The notes: a model not told the origin generated them from the letters alone. A stretch of 24,212 nucleotides of DNA from Sedimentisphaerales bacterium (GCA_963663805.2 CAXXMR010000001.1:1-24212), one strand, 5' to 3'. Counted from the first letter of the stretch, positions 1-9,981 are shown. Made by a program: numbers and translations.

Positions 1-82
1 TTCCAATCTCACCTGCCAGCGTGAGCGGGTTAGATGTAAATCGTTTTGATTGGTTGTTTAATTTGTTATTTTAGAGATAGTT

Positions 83-1765
83 ATGGACGATAATGTTGGA
101 AAAGAGAACGGGGCTGACGCTGCGGTAAATCAGCCGGTTGTTAATAATAATTCGACGCGGAGTGCTTCCGGGGAGCGTTCTTTCAGTCTGGATGATAAAA
201 AACGTGAGCAGCAGCAGGCTCAGGCGGCGGCTAAAGAGGTATCGATACCCAGTCCGGCGCTGGATGATGAGCTGCAAAATGAGATTGATTCCGCTCTGGC
301 TGATGTGAGTCTGGTGGATGTTTATGGCCTGGACGATGCGGTGGATAAAGCCGCGGCGGCGGTGGGCGGCGACCTGAGTGAGCGGCGGGACGGGGTGGTC
401 AAAGGCAAGGTTGTCAGCGTCAGTGATGGAGATATTTTTGTAGATTTGGGTGGTAAATCGCAGGGGTATCTGCCGCGTGAAGAACTGGAAGAAGGCCAGG
501 AAGTGAATGTTGGTGACGTGGTCGATGTTTCGATTATGCGTTATGACGAGAAGGATGGGCTGGTTGTTCTTTCGATGCGCAGTGCGGCCCAGCAGTTGCT
601 GCGTCGGGATTTGAATGTTGGGGCTCAGGTTGAAGCTCGTGTTACCGGGACGAATAAGGGCGGGCTGGAACTTGAGATTAAGGGATTGAAGGCATTTATG
701 CCGGTGTCGCAGATTGATATTTATCGTACGGAAGATACTGAGACGCTGATTGGCCAGAAGTTCATCTGTGAAGTGACGCAGGTGGAGCGGGGTGATAAGA
801 ATATTGTGCTGAGTCGGCGTAATATTCTGGAGAAGGAACGCGAAGCCTTGCGTGAGAATATCTGGGAGGAACTGGCTGAAGGTCAGATGTGTCAGGGCGT
901 GGTGCGGAGTATAATGGATTATGGCGCGTTTGTGGATTTGGGCGGGGTTGACGGTCTGTTGCATGTGCGGGAGATGAGCTGGGCGAGGGTTAAACATCCC
1001 AAGGATATTCTCAGTGAAGGTCAGCAGATTGACGTTATGATTGTTAGTCTCGACCGGGAGAAGCAGCGTATCGGTTTGAGTCTGCGTCAGGCGGGCGGGG
1101 ATCCGTGGACTTCGGCGGAATACCATTACCCAGTTGGTGGTCGGGTGCAGGCCAAGATTACGAATCTGATGGATTTTGGTGCTTTCGCGGAACTGGAGCC
1201 TGGTGTTGAAGGTTTGATACCTATTAGCCAGATGACTTGGGCTGGTAGGATAAAACATCCGTCCGATGTGGTTAAAGTGGGCCAGTTGGTCGAGGTTGAA
1301 GTTGCCAAAGTTGACACTCAGCAGCGTCGGATTTCGCTGAGCATGAAGAGTATTCAGGGTAATCCATGGGACGATATTGAGATGAAATACCGGGCTGATG
1401 ATACCTATACCGGTACGGTGGCGCGGGTTACGGATTTTGGCGCTTTTGTGACTCTGGAAGCGGGGGTTGATGGGCTGGTGCATATCAGCGAGTTGAGCGA
1501 TAGGCATGTGTCCCAGGTTCGTGATGTGGTGCGTGAGGGTGATACGGTTAAGGTTCGGGTGCTGGAGGTTAATCCCTCTCAGCAGCGTATATCTCTTTCG
1601 ATGAAGGTGCAGGCACAGGGCGATGTTTCGGACATGCCCAATCGCGAAGAGGCCGGGCCGGTGGGCGAGAGTGTTATGCGGGCGGCGGAAGATGGCCAGT
1701 CCCGGTCGGAACAAGCCAGGAAGAAAGGCAAGGACCGTCCGCGGCGTGGCGGTTTAAGCTGGTAA
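83..1765 (+). CDS. rpsA: S1 RNA-binding repeat protein (ribosomal protein bS1 family, five S1 domains, ~100-aa N-terminal extension)
   Basis: Five S1/OB repeats, e.g. YGAFVDLGGVDGLLHVREMSW, FGAFAELEPGVEGLIPISQMTW, FGAFVTLEAGVDGLVHISELS. It may be a paralogue rather than the main rpsA. Confidence 0.85.
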   Translation: MDDNVGKENGADAAVNQPVVNNNSTRSASGERSFSLDDKKREQQQAQAAAKEVSIPSPALDDELQNEIDSALADVSLVDVYGLDDAVDKAAAAVGGDLSERRDGVVKGKVVSVSDGDIFVDLGGKSQGYLPREELEEGQEVNVGDVVDVSIMRYDEKDGLVVLSMRSAAQQLLRRDLNVGAQVEARVTGTNKGGLELEIKGLKAFMPVSQIDIYRTEDTETLIGQKFICEVTQVERGDKNIVLSRRNILEKEREALRENIWEELAEGQMCQGVVRSIMDYGAFVDLGGVDGLLHVREMSWARVKHPKDILSEGQQIDVMIVSLDREKQRIGLSLRQAGGDPWTSAEYHYPVGGRVQAKITNLMDFGAFAELEPGVEGLIPISQMTWAGRIKHPSDVVKVGQLVEVEVAKVDTQQRRISLSMKSIQGNPWDDIEMKYRADDTYTGTVARVTDFGAFVTLEAGVDGLVHISELSDRHVSQVRDVVREGDTVKVRVLEVNPSQQRISLSMKVQAQGDVSDMPNREEAGPVGESVMRAAEDGQSRSEQARKKGKDRPRRGGLSW

Positions 1766-1776
1766 AAATATTTTCG

Positions 1777-1823
1777 GCGACGGAGTTGTCAGAGTTCGAT
1801 AATAGCTTTAACAACTCCGTTGC
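1777..1823. terminator. Long hairpin between convergent genes, overlapping the dehydrogenase stop codon
   Basis: ACGGAGTTGT (1780-1789) and ACAACTCCGT (1811-1820) form a perfect 10-bp inverted repeat, extendable with G-U pairs on the + strand. No strong adjacent U-tract. Confidence 0.5.
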
Positions 1824-2823
1824 GGTAGTTTTCGACCATTTCGAAGGCTTCGACGGCTTGGTCCAGTTTGAAGTGGTGGGTAATCATAAAGTCTACGTTG
1901 ATTTTGCCTGACGCTACCAGGTCGATGGTTTTTTGCTCGCAGAGATTCTGACGGCGGACGTTTATCACGGTAATTTCTTTGCGACGCATGGTATCGATTT
2001 TGAATGAGATTCGCTCTTCACGCGGGATACCGATGAGCATCAATGTTCCGCCGGGTTTGAGCAGGTCGATGGCCTGGTCGATGGTTTCCTGTTGGCCGGC
2101 GCATTCAAAAACGGTATCCATGCCGGCTGGTTGAGTGTTGAGAATATCGGATACGATATTGGATTTGTCGGGGTTGCCGGTCCAGACGGGATTTGCTTTT
2201 TGGGCGACGCCGAGACGTTCGGGGATTTTGTCGGTGATGTAGCAATTTGTCCGGAAATTCGCATGGGCGGCGAGCATGACACTCAGGCCGATGGGACCGG
2301 CACCGAGGATAGCGGCATCTGAGCTGGGTTTCATCTGGGCTTGCTGGACCGCGTAAACTCCGATCGCCAGCGGTTCACAGCAGACGGCCTGGTCGAGTGT
2401 TAATTTATCGTCGATGGGAAAAAGACATTCGCTGGGCAGGACCATTCTTTCGCAGAGGCAGCCGTCGGCCTGACCGGGGCAGCCGAGGAATCGCAGGTTA
2501 CGGCAGGTATTTTCTCTTTCGAGTTTGCACTGGTCGCATTTATGGCAGGCCATGGCGGGATCGATAGCGACTTTTTGGCCGGGCTTGACATTTTTTACCG
2601 CGGCTCCGATTTCAAGAACTGTCGCGGCGCATTCGTGGCCTACACGATAGGGATATTGCACAATTTGTGAGCCGATATGGCCGGTAGCGTAATAATGAAC
2701 ATCACTGCCGCAAACGCCGACCCTTTCGATTTTCAGCAGGACATCATTGTCACGTTGAATTTTAGGGTCCGGTACTTCGCGAATTTCCATTTGCCGGATG
2801 CCTGTCAGCACCGCTGCTTTCAT
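1789..2823 (-). CDS. Zinc-dependent medium-chain dehydrogenase (sorbitol/L-iditol dehydrogenase-like)
   Basis: GVCGSDVH catalytic Zn motif, GHE, structural Zn CHKCDQC...C, Rossmann GAGPIG. SD-like AAGGAG lies upstream of the ATG. Confidence 0.9.
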   Translation of the reverse strand: MKAAVLTGIRQMEIREVPDPKIQRDNDVLLKIERVGVCGSDVHYYATGHIGSQIVQYPYRVGHECAATVLEIGAAVKNVKPGQKVAIDPAMACHKCDQCKLERENTCRNLRFLGCPGQADGCLCERMVLPSECLFPIDDKLTLDQAVCCEPLAIGVYAVQQAQMKPSSDAAILGAGPIGLSVMLAAHANFRTNCYITDKIPERLGVAQKANPVWTGNPDKSNIVSDILNTQPAGMDTVFECAGQQETIDQAIDLLKPGGTLMLIGIPREERISFKIDTMRRKEITVINVRRQNLCEQKTIDLVASGKINVDFMITHHFKLDQAVEAFEMVENYRNGVVKAIIEL

Positions 2824-4096
2824 GGCAGATACTCCTTAGGGGAATGAAAAGGTCATAGACGGACTTAATCTGACTGTCGTCCGGCGGGGCGGGCATTTCG
2901 TCGTTATCCTGGGGTGGATTGTCCTCATTTAGTTTGTTGATAAAGCCGACGTCTTCATTTCGGAAGGAATCGACCCGAAGACGTTCAGTTGAAGCCAAAG
3001 GCAAAGGAGGGTCAAGCTCGTCTTTGGCTAACGGGTCGCCGAGTTCGTCAAAGGCCACGATTACCAGCGGCTTGAATGGCTTTTGAGTGTCGTTGCGAAC
3101 GACAATTGCCCACATGCCGGATTTGAGTTTGAGTTTTGCTCCTATGGGGAACGGCGGAGTGATGCCGGCGAAGACTTTGAGGACCACTGGGTCGAAATAT
3201 TTGTTATATTTTCCATAAAGCATTTCGTACAACGCGATAGTTGATGAAGGACCATGGCCGGCGGTATGGGCACTTAACGCTGTTGACCAGGCATCAGCGA
3301 CCCGGAGGATGCGTGAGAAAATATTAATTTTGTCGCCTGGTATACCTGCGGGATATCCAGTTCCTAGAATATTTTCGTGATGCATCCGGACAATAAGTTT
3401 AACCATAGGGTCAATGGAGAGCGGCAACATATCTGCGCCTCGTTGAGGATGCAGACGAATTTTCTCAATTTCTTCGGGGCTAAGCGGTTCTTCTTTAGAA
3501 TAAACATGTTCTATGGGAGACATGCCAATATCGTGAAACAGGGCGGCTGTGCCCAGAGGGGTGATGTCGAGTCCTTTGCTCAGCGTTTTGGCCGCGGAAA
3601 GTCTTTCTCGTTCCTGCTTGATGTAGTTTCGAATGGTGTTGCCGATTAACATACTGAGGTAAAAAACATTGGCGGTATGTTCCTGAAGGTAACCGTCCCA
3701 TTTTTTGCTCTGTTCGACGATGGCGATGGTTACGGGGCTGGACTGGATTTTTTCCATCATATCCACCACTACATTTTCCATGCCCTGAATATTTTGGGCT
3801 TCCAGATTGGCGGAGTTGCGAAGCGAGACGCTGACTTTGCGTGCCATGTTAGCAACGCAACTGCGGACTTCGCGGGAAATCTCATGGTCCTGAGAATCGT
3901 TCTGAAAATCTACCACGCTATCGAGCAGCGGGTCGGCAATTTGCACGGTAATATCGGGGAAGCGTTTTTGAAGTGATTTGATTTCCGCTTCGCTCAGTTT
4001 CTTGCCGTGGGGCAGAAGTACGCTGAACTGATTGACCAGATTGTTGGCCAGGCACATCCCCGGTACTAACTCGTTCACGTCAAGAACAATGGGCAT
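2762..4096 (-). CDS. HD-GYP domain protein (class II c-di-GMP phosphodiesterase family)
   Basis: EHTANV, ALFHDIG, HP..GA, HHENILGTGYP and VAD motifs. The last residues overlap the next gene by 62 nt. Confidence 0.85.
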   Translation of the reverse strand: MPIVLDVNELVPGMCLANNLVNQFSVLLPHGKKLSEAEIKSLQKRFPDITVQIADPLLDSVVDFQNDSQDHEISREVRSCVANMARKVSVSLRNSANLEAQNIQGMENVVVDMMEKIQSSPVTIAIVEQSKKWDGYLQEHTANVFYLSMLIGNTIRNYIKQERERLSAAKTLSKGLDITPLGTAALFHDIGMSPIEHVYSKEEPLSPEEIEKIRLHPQRGADMLPLSIDPMVKLIVRMHHENILGTGYPAGIPGDKINIFSRILRVADAWSTALSAHTAGHGPSSTIALYEMLYGKYNKYFDPVVLKVFAGITPPFPIGAKLKLKSGMWAIVVRNDTQKPFKPLVIVAFDELGDPLAKDELDPPLPLASTERLRVDSFRNEDVGFINKLNEDNPPQDNDEMPAPPDDSQIKSVYDLFIPLRSICHESSGADRHPANGNSRSTGP

Positions 4097-4129
4097 TTCA
4101 ACTCCATATTCCCCGGTCGAACTTTACAA

Positions 4130-6136
4130 TCAGTTGCCTTCCTGTTTGTCTAGCTCGTTCTTTTCGGAGGGGGTATCCAATTCAGGGCTGCGTTGTTGTT
4201 CAGCTTCGAGCAGTTCGTTGACTGTGGGCTTGTCGATTATTTCGCCGTCGAGAATTCGTTTAACGTCTTCGCCGTCGATAGTTTCGTATTTGATGAGTGC
4301 CGAGCGCAGGGCCTCGACCTGAGTTTTGTGCTCAAGCAGTATTTGTTTAACTTCGTGATAAGCCTGGTCCATCATCTGTTTGATTTCGCGGTCGATTTCC
4401 TGAGCGGTGGTTTCGGAATACTCGCGACTGCCGGGCAGTTCCCCGAAAGGATTCATGCCGTTACTGCTGTAGCGAATGAAACCGAGTTTGTCGCTCATGC
4501 CCCACTCCATAATCATGGAGCGGGCTAGCTGAGTTGCCCCGGCAATATCGCTTTGAGCGCCGCCGGTGATGTCGTCACAGAAAATTTCCTCGGCGACGCG
4601 ACCGCCCAGATAAATGCGAATCATGCTTAGGCAGAATTTTTTACTGTAGTGCATGCGGTCTTTTTCGGGCAGACTGAACGTCGCACCACCCATCGGTCCG
4701 CGGGGGATAATGCTGACTTTGTGAACCGGGTCGGCATCTTCTATTATGGACTGGACGATGGCATGGCCGGCCTCGTGATAGGCGGTGATGTCTTTATCTT
4801 TATCGTCCACGACGCGGCTTCTGCGGGCCCGGCCCCAGCGGACTTTGTCGCGGGCTTCTTCCAGGTCAACCATTTCCACAAAATCTTTATTGCTCATGGT
4901 CGCGGCCAGGGCAGCTTCGTTGATAATGGCTTCCAGGTCGGCACCACTGAAAGTGGCAGTGCCGCGGGCCAGTCGTTGCAGGTCGATGCCGGGTGCCATT
5001 TTAACTTTTTTGGCGTGTACTTCAAGAATCGCGAGCCGGCCTTTGATGTCGGGCAGTGGCACATAAATCTGACGGTCGAAACGGCCCGGACGGGTCAGGG
5101 CGTTGTCTAATACGTCGGCCCGATTGGTCGCGGCAATGACGATTACCTGGTCGTCGGTGGCGAAGCCGTCCATTTCCACGAGGATGGCGTTTAAGGTTTG
5201 TTCGCGTTCGTCGTGACCGCCGCCGGCGATACCGGCCCCGCGTTTACGACCTACGGCATCAATTTCGTCGAGGAAGATAATACAGGGTGAGTTGGTCTTG
5301 GCTTCCTTGAACAGGTCACGCACACGTGAAGCCCCGACCCCGACGAACATTTCCACAAAATCACTGCCAGAAATACTCAGGAACGGCACGTCCGCTTCGC
5401 CGGCGATGGCCTTGGCCAGCAGGGTCTTGCCGCAGCCCGGTTCGCCGACCAGCAGTACGCCGCGGGGGATACGTCCACCAAGCCGCTGGAATTTTTTGGG
5501 GTTACGCAGGAACTGAATAATCTCGGAGACTTCCTCTTTGGCTTCTTCGATGCCAGCAACGTTGTCAAAAGTTACACTGGCCTGGTCCTTATTGCTGAGG
5601 CGGTGTTTACTGCGTCCGAAATTGCCGAGCATTCCGCCGCCGCCTGCTCCACGGAACTGGCGGAAGATGAAAAAGTACATCAGACCCAGGATAAGAATCC
5701 AGGGGATGAAAGACAGGAGAATGTTGTAAAACATGCCGGTCTGTTCAAATGCGTATTCGGTGTTATTTTCGTCCAGAAATTTTCTCAGGTCTTCCTGTTC
5801 TCCCATGCCGTTGAGCAGGGTTACTTCAAAGCGACCAGCAGTGTCTTTGGCCAGCCCTTCCAGAGCTTCGCTGCGCATTTCGCCGGTGATGGCACTGTCG
5901 GAGATAATAACCTTTTGCACCTGCTGATTGATAACCCTCTGGCGAAACTCGCTGAAGGTGATAGCCTCGGCGGGCTTATGGTTGCGTGAAAGAAGCATGA
6001 ACGCCATGACTGCCAGTACCACGAACATTACCCAGCTGTATTGTGGGCGGGGTATTTTTTTCTGGGGCGGCAATTTAGGGCCGTTTGATTTGGGTTTTTC
6101 AGGCTGTTTTTTCTGGGGCTTTTCGGATTTACTCAT
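4130..6136 (-). CDS. ftsH: ATP-dependent zinc metalloprotease FtsH
   Basis: Two N-terminal TM segments, Walker A GEPGCGKT, Walker [36 protein letters not shown] zinc motif. ATG at 6136 (TTG at 6139 in the ORF track). Confidence 0.97.
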   Translation of the reverse strand: MSKSEKPQKKQPEKPKSNGPKLPPQKKIPRPQYSWVMFVVLAVMAFMLLSRNHKPAEAITFSEFRQRVINQQVQKVIISDSAITGEMRSEALEGLAKDTAGRFEVTLLNGMGEQEDLRKFLDENNTEYAFEQTGMFYNILLSFIPWILILGLMYFFIFRQFRGAGGGGMLGNFGRSKHRLSNKDQASVTFDNVAGIEEAKEEVSEIIQFLRNPKKFQRLGGRIPRGVLLVGEPGCGKTLLAKAIAGEADVPFLSISGSDFVEMFVGVGASRVRDLFKEAKTNSPCIIFLDEIDAVGRKRGAGIAGGGHDEREQTLNAILVEMDGFATDDQVIVIAATNRADVLDNALTRPGRFDRQIYVPLPDIKGRLAILEVHAKKVKMAPGIDLQRLARGTATFSGADLEAIINEAALAATMSNKDFVEMVDLEEARDKVRWGRARRSRVVDDKDKDITAYHEAGHAIVQSIIEDADPVHKVSIIPRGPMGGATFSLPEKDRMHYSKKFCLSMIRIYLGGRVAEEIFCDDITGGAQSDIAGATQLARSMIMEWGMSDKLGFIRYSSNGMNPFGELPGSREYSETTAQEIDREIKQMMDQAYHEVKQILLEHKTQVEALRSALIKYETIDGEDVKRILDGEIIDKPTVNELLEAEQQRSPELDTPSEKNELDKQEGN

Positions 6137-6223
6137 CAAGCTGTCTCGTAATCCTGTACGGGGCTGCTTTGGGGGGCAGTACCCGCTAAAAGTTTCAATT
6201 GTTTATGGGCCGCGGGATTCGGC

Positions 6224-6820
6224 TTACCAGGGGGCTTCCATACCTTCCACGATTCGTACCGCCAGATCATCGACCGCTGAGCGGGTTGCCGCGGTTGTGC
6301 TCTCGGCCAGCAAGGGGTAATATTGGCCGGCGGATTCAAGCTTTTGGTTGTCCAGGATAAGCCGGCCGGTTCGCAGGTCTTTCCAGGTAACTTTCACGTT
6401 CACTAAATATTGATTTTCCAGAGGCCGGTCTAAGTCCCTCTGGTGTATCAGTGTTTTTTCGCTGATACTGGTAATCACACCATATAGAACCGTATCGGCA
6501 CGCTGAGCGTCGGCCACCACTTTGTATGGTGTCCGCAGTTCGATTTGCCGACAGACCGCACTGGTCAATTCGAACTCTACTTCCCGCCGGAAGCTCTCAG
6601 ACTGGAACATCTGTACGCAGACAGTCTCAATATCGGTTGGATGCAGCGGGGCTGAAGTGTAACCTTTATGGGGGTCAATCTCGCCGCAACCGATGTTCAG
6701 GCCCGCCAGCAGTGATATTATCAGTATTCCAAGCCCACGGCGGCAATTATGTCGCAACGAGAGCGATAACGCCTTAGTATCTTGAGGGTATTGTTCAGTT
6801 GTGTTTTTCGAGCATCGCAT
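6224..6820 (-). CDS. lptE: LptE-like LPS-assembly lipoprotein
   Basis: Hydrophobic stretch ending in lipobox-like LNIGC, then a ~150-aa domain (IETVCVQMF...FRREVEFELT...ADTVLYGVI...WKDLRTG) resembling LptE family members. Sits directly after a BamD-like gene. Start codon uncertain. Confidence 0.7.
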   Translation of the reverse strand: MRCSKNTTEQYPQDTKALSLSLRHNCRRGLGILIISLLAGLNIGCGEIDPHKGYTSAPLHPTDIETVCVQMFQSESFRREVEFELTSAVCRQIELRTPYKVVADAQRADTVLYGVITSISEKTLIHQRDLDRPLENQYLVNVKVTWKDLRTGRLILDNQKLESAGQYYPLLAESTTAATRSAVDDLAVRIVEGMEAPW

Positions 6821-7724
6821 TTGATAAGGTCGCCCATTCTGTTTCAGGGTATTCTTTGCTGATTAACGTCCAATAATGTTTGGCCGCTCCCAGTCTTTTA
6901 GTCCGCAGATAGAAGCCCGCGGTGTCATACATTTCCAGGGCCTGCTGCCATTGAATCCGTTCGATACGCCCGGCTACCTCACGTTCGGCGGCATATTCTG
7001 GGTAGAGGCTCAGCAACTGCCGATAGCGAATCAGGGCTTCACGCAGGCAGGTCGTGTCATATTCACTGTTTTTATATTGAGCATGGGTTGATTCCGCCGA
7101 ACGCAGCAGGATTTCGCGACGATTGCCGACGCGGGGATAGCTGTCCAGCAGGAGCTGATAGGTCGATTGGGCCTCGCTGAATCTGCCGACGCTGAAGAAG
7201 TATTCCGCCTGAGCCAGCAGGGCCTGAGCGGCAAGTTCCGAGCCCGCCCAGTGGCTGGCGACCTTGTCGAGAATCTCCAGTCCGTCGCCGCGGGCACTAA
7301 TGGGGATAAAGTTGAGAATCTTGCGTTTATGGCCGGCCAGAAAAAGTTTGCCGATTACCAGCTCTTTTTCGATGGCCTGCTCGAAATGGCCGCTGGCACT
7401 GTAGTCTTCCAGCAGTTTGTCATAGGCCAGGTAGGCATCAAAATAATGTTCGCGGGCAAAAAGGGCATTGCCTTTGAGGAACAAAGCCCGGTCCATATAA
7501 GGTGAACGGGGGTTCTTTTCTATCCACTTCGCCAACGATTTATAGGCTTTTTTGTTTTGGCCGGCATCCAGATTTGCTTGAGCAGTTTCCAGTTCGCCCG
7601 GCAAAGGAGCGCCCATCTCAGCCATCGGCAGAGTTACATCCTGACGCTTCGGCTTTTTGTCTGCGCATCCGGCACTCAAAATAAACATAAGTCCTGTCAG
7701 TACCAGCGCGATATTCCTGTTCAT
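6795..7724 (-). CDS. bamD: TPR lipoprotein, outer-membrane assembly factor BamD-like
   Basis: Signal peptide with lipobox LSAGC if started at ATG 7724 (ORF track starts at 7790). BamD-type TPR helices (NPRSPYMDRALFLKG; YDTAGFYLR...AAKHYW..I..EYPETEWA). Confidence 0.75.
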   Translation of the reverse strand: MNRNIALVLTGLMFILSAGCADKKPKRQDVTLPMAEMGAPLPGELETAQANLDAGQNKKAYKSLAKWIEKNPRSPYMDRALFLKGNALFAREHYFDAYLAYDKLLEDYSASGHFEQAIEKELVIGKLFLAGHKRKILNFIPISARGDGLEILDKVASHWAGSELAAQALLAQAEYFFSVGRFSEAQSTYQLLLDSYPRVGNRREILLRSAESTHAQYKNSEYDTTCLREALIRYRQLLSLYPEYAAEREVAGRIERIQWQQALEMYDTAGFYLRTKRLGAAKHYWTLISKEYPETEWATLSNAMLEKHN

Positions 7725-7797
7725 TACCCAATGCCTTTCAGCCGCGTCCCTGCGGCACAAACATGTTTTGTTGTTTAAGTGTTGGTACATTCACTGG

Positions 7798-7825
7798 ATT
7801 ATAGCCGCCCTGAGCCCAAATGCAA
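7798..7825 (-). promoter_or_regulatory. Putative internal sigma70 promoter for bamD-lptE-ftsH
   Basis: Minus strand TTGCAT (7825-7820), 16-nt spacer, TATAAT (7803-7798), in the recO-bamD gap. Confidence 0.55.
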
Positions 7826-7842
7826 CGGCTTTGCCGGTCGGT

Positions 7843-8604
7843 TTAGGATTTGTTTGACCGGGCGTTTTGACGCAGGAGTTGAAGCAAAAAAGACATGATT
7901 TGCGGCTGTTTGCCCAGAATTTCCCGCTGATGGTAGCAGAGCAGTTCGTGAATTGCCAGCGTTTCAGTTCTGGACGTATTTCCCAGCTTACCTATATCGC
8001 CTAAAACTCCCCAGGTGGTCGGCCCTGCCTGCGTTTTCTCACTGACAGCCCCTTCGCAGTCTCGGCAAATCATTCCGCCGGCCTGACTGCTGAAATAAGC
8101 ACTTCGACCAGTTTGAAGGTTTTTTTTGCACGCGGCACATCTGGACCAGCCGGGCAGCAGTCCCGCGGTATGGAGCAGAACAAGCTCTAATTTCACCAAT
8201 ACCTGGTCCGGACGCGGTGAATGTTCCCATTGGCCCAGTGCTGCGAGAAAATTATCGAACAGATCCGGGTTGGGGTCGTTATCCTCGCTGAATTCCGCCA
8301 GCCGGTCCGCGGCGAATTGGGCACATGTCAGGGCCAGCAGATTCTGACGCAGCAGGCTGAATGATTCGCTGAGATTAAACTCCGCCAGAGTCGCCAGGTC
8401 GCTGTCTCCGCGGGGCCGATGGTAGATTATCTCGCCGACGTTGAGCAAATCAATGCCGCCCCCGAATTTACTCTTGCCGCGTCGAGAACCTTTGGCGATG
8501 GCTCGAACCTTACCGTTTTCTCTGCCGAAAAGGGTGACAATCTGGCTGCTTTCGGAATAGTTGATACGCCGAATACACAGGGCCTGGTCTTTAACCGCGT
8601 TCAT
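7843..8604 (-). CDS. recO: DNA repair protein RecO
   Basis: N-terminal OB fold (YSESSQIVTLFGRENGKVRAIAKG), helical bundle, C4 zinc finger CAAC...CRDC. Confidence 0.93.
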   Translation of the reverse strand: MNAVKDQALCIRRINYSESSQIVTLFGRENGKVRAIAKGSRRGKSKFGGGIDLLNVGEIIYHRPRGDSDLATLAEFNLSESFSLLRQNLLALTCAQFAADRLAEFSEDNDPNPDLFDNFLAALGQWEHSPRPDQVLVKLELVLLHTAGLLPGWSRCAACKKNLQTGRSAYFSSQAGGMICRDCEGAVSEKTQAGPTTWGVLGDIGKLGNTSRTETLAIHELLCYHQREILGKQPQIMSFLLQLLRQNARSNKS

Positions 8605-8610
8605 GATGCG

Positions 8611-9915
8611 TTATTCCTGTTGGTTGGCGGATTCTTGAGGCAGCATATCGATACGCAGCCGGTTAATACGCCGCTGGTCCGCATCCAAAACCGTAAAACG
8701 CAGATCGCCGTAGTCAAAACTTTCGCCGGCCTGGGGGATATGGCCCAGACGGGCACAGGCGAATCCGCCGATGGTTTCGTAGTCGTCTTCTTCGGGAAGT
8801 TCCAGGTCCATTTCGTCATTGAGTTCATCGACGTGGTAACGGGCATCGACTTCGAGGGTGTTTTCATCAATTCGCACCAGAGGCTCGGCTTCGGGTACTT
8901 CGTATTCATCTTCGATTTCGCCGACGAGTTCTTCGAGAATATCCTCAATCGAGACCAGTCCCGCTGTCCCGCCGTATTCGTCCAGTACGACCGCGGCGTG
9001 AACTTTCTGGTTCTGAAAATCGTGCAGCAGGTCGCGCACGGTCTTGCTTTCGGGCACAAAGGTCGGTTCACGCAAACGCTGGCGGATGCCGGGGTCGCTG
9101 TCGGGTTCATTGAGAAACTTGAGCAGGTCTTTAGCGTATAACATGCCAATGACTTTGTCGATGGAGTCTTCAAAAACCGGGTAGCGAGAATGGCCGGCGC
9201 TGATGATGGTATCGACCGCGTCACGGAACGACATATTCACATCCAGAGCTACCACGTCAGTACGCGGGGTCATGATTTCGCCTACAGTGGTATCGCGAAA
9301 CTCCAGTACCGAAGCTATCATGTCGCGTTCTTCTTCATCGACCACACCTTCTTTTTCACCTTCTTCGACGACATTCAGCAGCTCTTCCTGTTTGTCTTCC
9401 AGCGAACCGTTACGGTTTTCGACCGAGACACCGGCCAACCGACGGATGGGCGGGTCGAAAAGTTTGAACAGGGTTATCAGAGGCAGGGTCAGCCAGTAGA
9501 GCACATTCAGCACGGGGTAGCATTTTACGAGAATCGAGGTGCTGGAATAACGAGCCCAGGCGTGAGGGATAGTAACTGAGAAAATTAGCAGACAACCGGC
9601 CGCGATAAGAAAGGCTTCAACCAACGTAGTCAGTGACCAGGTGATTTTGCCGTCGCTTTCGGTCGATAAACAAAGCAGGATGCTGAGTACAAAACCCAGA
9701 CTGCCCATCATTCTGAGACCAGCCAGGCCGCGAGTGAGGTTTTCGACACTCGCTCGCAGCATGGTTAGTCGTTCAGGATGTTTGTTCGCTGCGAAGGCCT
9801 CCTCAACTTTTACCCAGAGAATCTCTCGCAGTGATAAATAAGCCAGTGCGAAAAAAAATGTCAGTACAAAAAATACTATGGTGAACAGTGAACACCAGGA
9901 TCCAGGATCGTCCAC
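8611..9915 (-). CDS. HlyC/CorC (CNNM-CBS-CorC) family membrane protein, Mg2+/Co2+ transport-associated
   Basis: N-terminal TM helices, tandem CBS domains (EIMTPRTDV, GHSRYPV, VLDEYGGTAGLVSIEDILEELVGEIEDEY), C-terminal CorC_HlyC domain (DYETIGGF). GTG start. Confidence 0.92.
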   Translation of the reverse strand: MDDPGSWCSLFTIVFFVLTFFFALAYLSLREILWVKVEEAFAANKHPERLTMLRASVENLTRGLAGLRMMGSLGFVLSILLCLSTESDGKITWSLTTLVEAFLIAAGCLLIFSVTIPHAWARYSSTSILVKCYPVLNVLYWLTLPLITLFKLFDPPIRRLAGVSVENRNGSLEDKQEELLNVVEEGEKEGVVDEEERDMIASVLEFRDTTVGEIMTPRTDVVALDVNMSFRDAVDTIISAGHSRYPVFEDSIDKVIGMLYAKDLLKFLNEPDSDPGIRQRLREPTFVPESKTVRDLLHDFQNQKVHAAVVLDEYGGTAGLVSIEDILEELVGEIEDEYEVPEAEPLVRIDENTLEVDARYHVDELNDEMDLELPEEDDYETIGGFACARLGHIPQAGESFDYGDLRFTVLDADQRRINRLRIDMLPQESANQQE

Positions 9916-9981
9916 AGAAAATTACCCTTTCAATTTTACCGAGGGGCCCGATACTCCCTGGCCCTGATTGCCGCCGGTCGA

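Noticed and set aside
71..1714. 547-aa minus-strand ORF
   Set aside because: Antisense shadow of the S1 gene; no recognisable motifs.
8601..9224. 207-aa alternative-frame ORF ending at the recO start
   Set aside because: Lies almost wholly inside the clear HlyC/CorC gene; Ser/Thr/Pro-rich off-frame composition.
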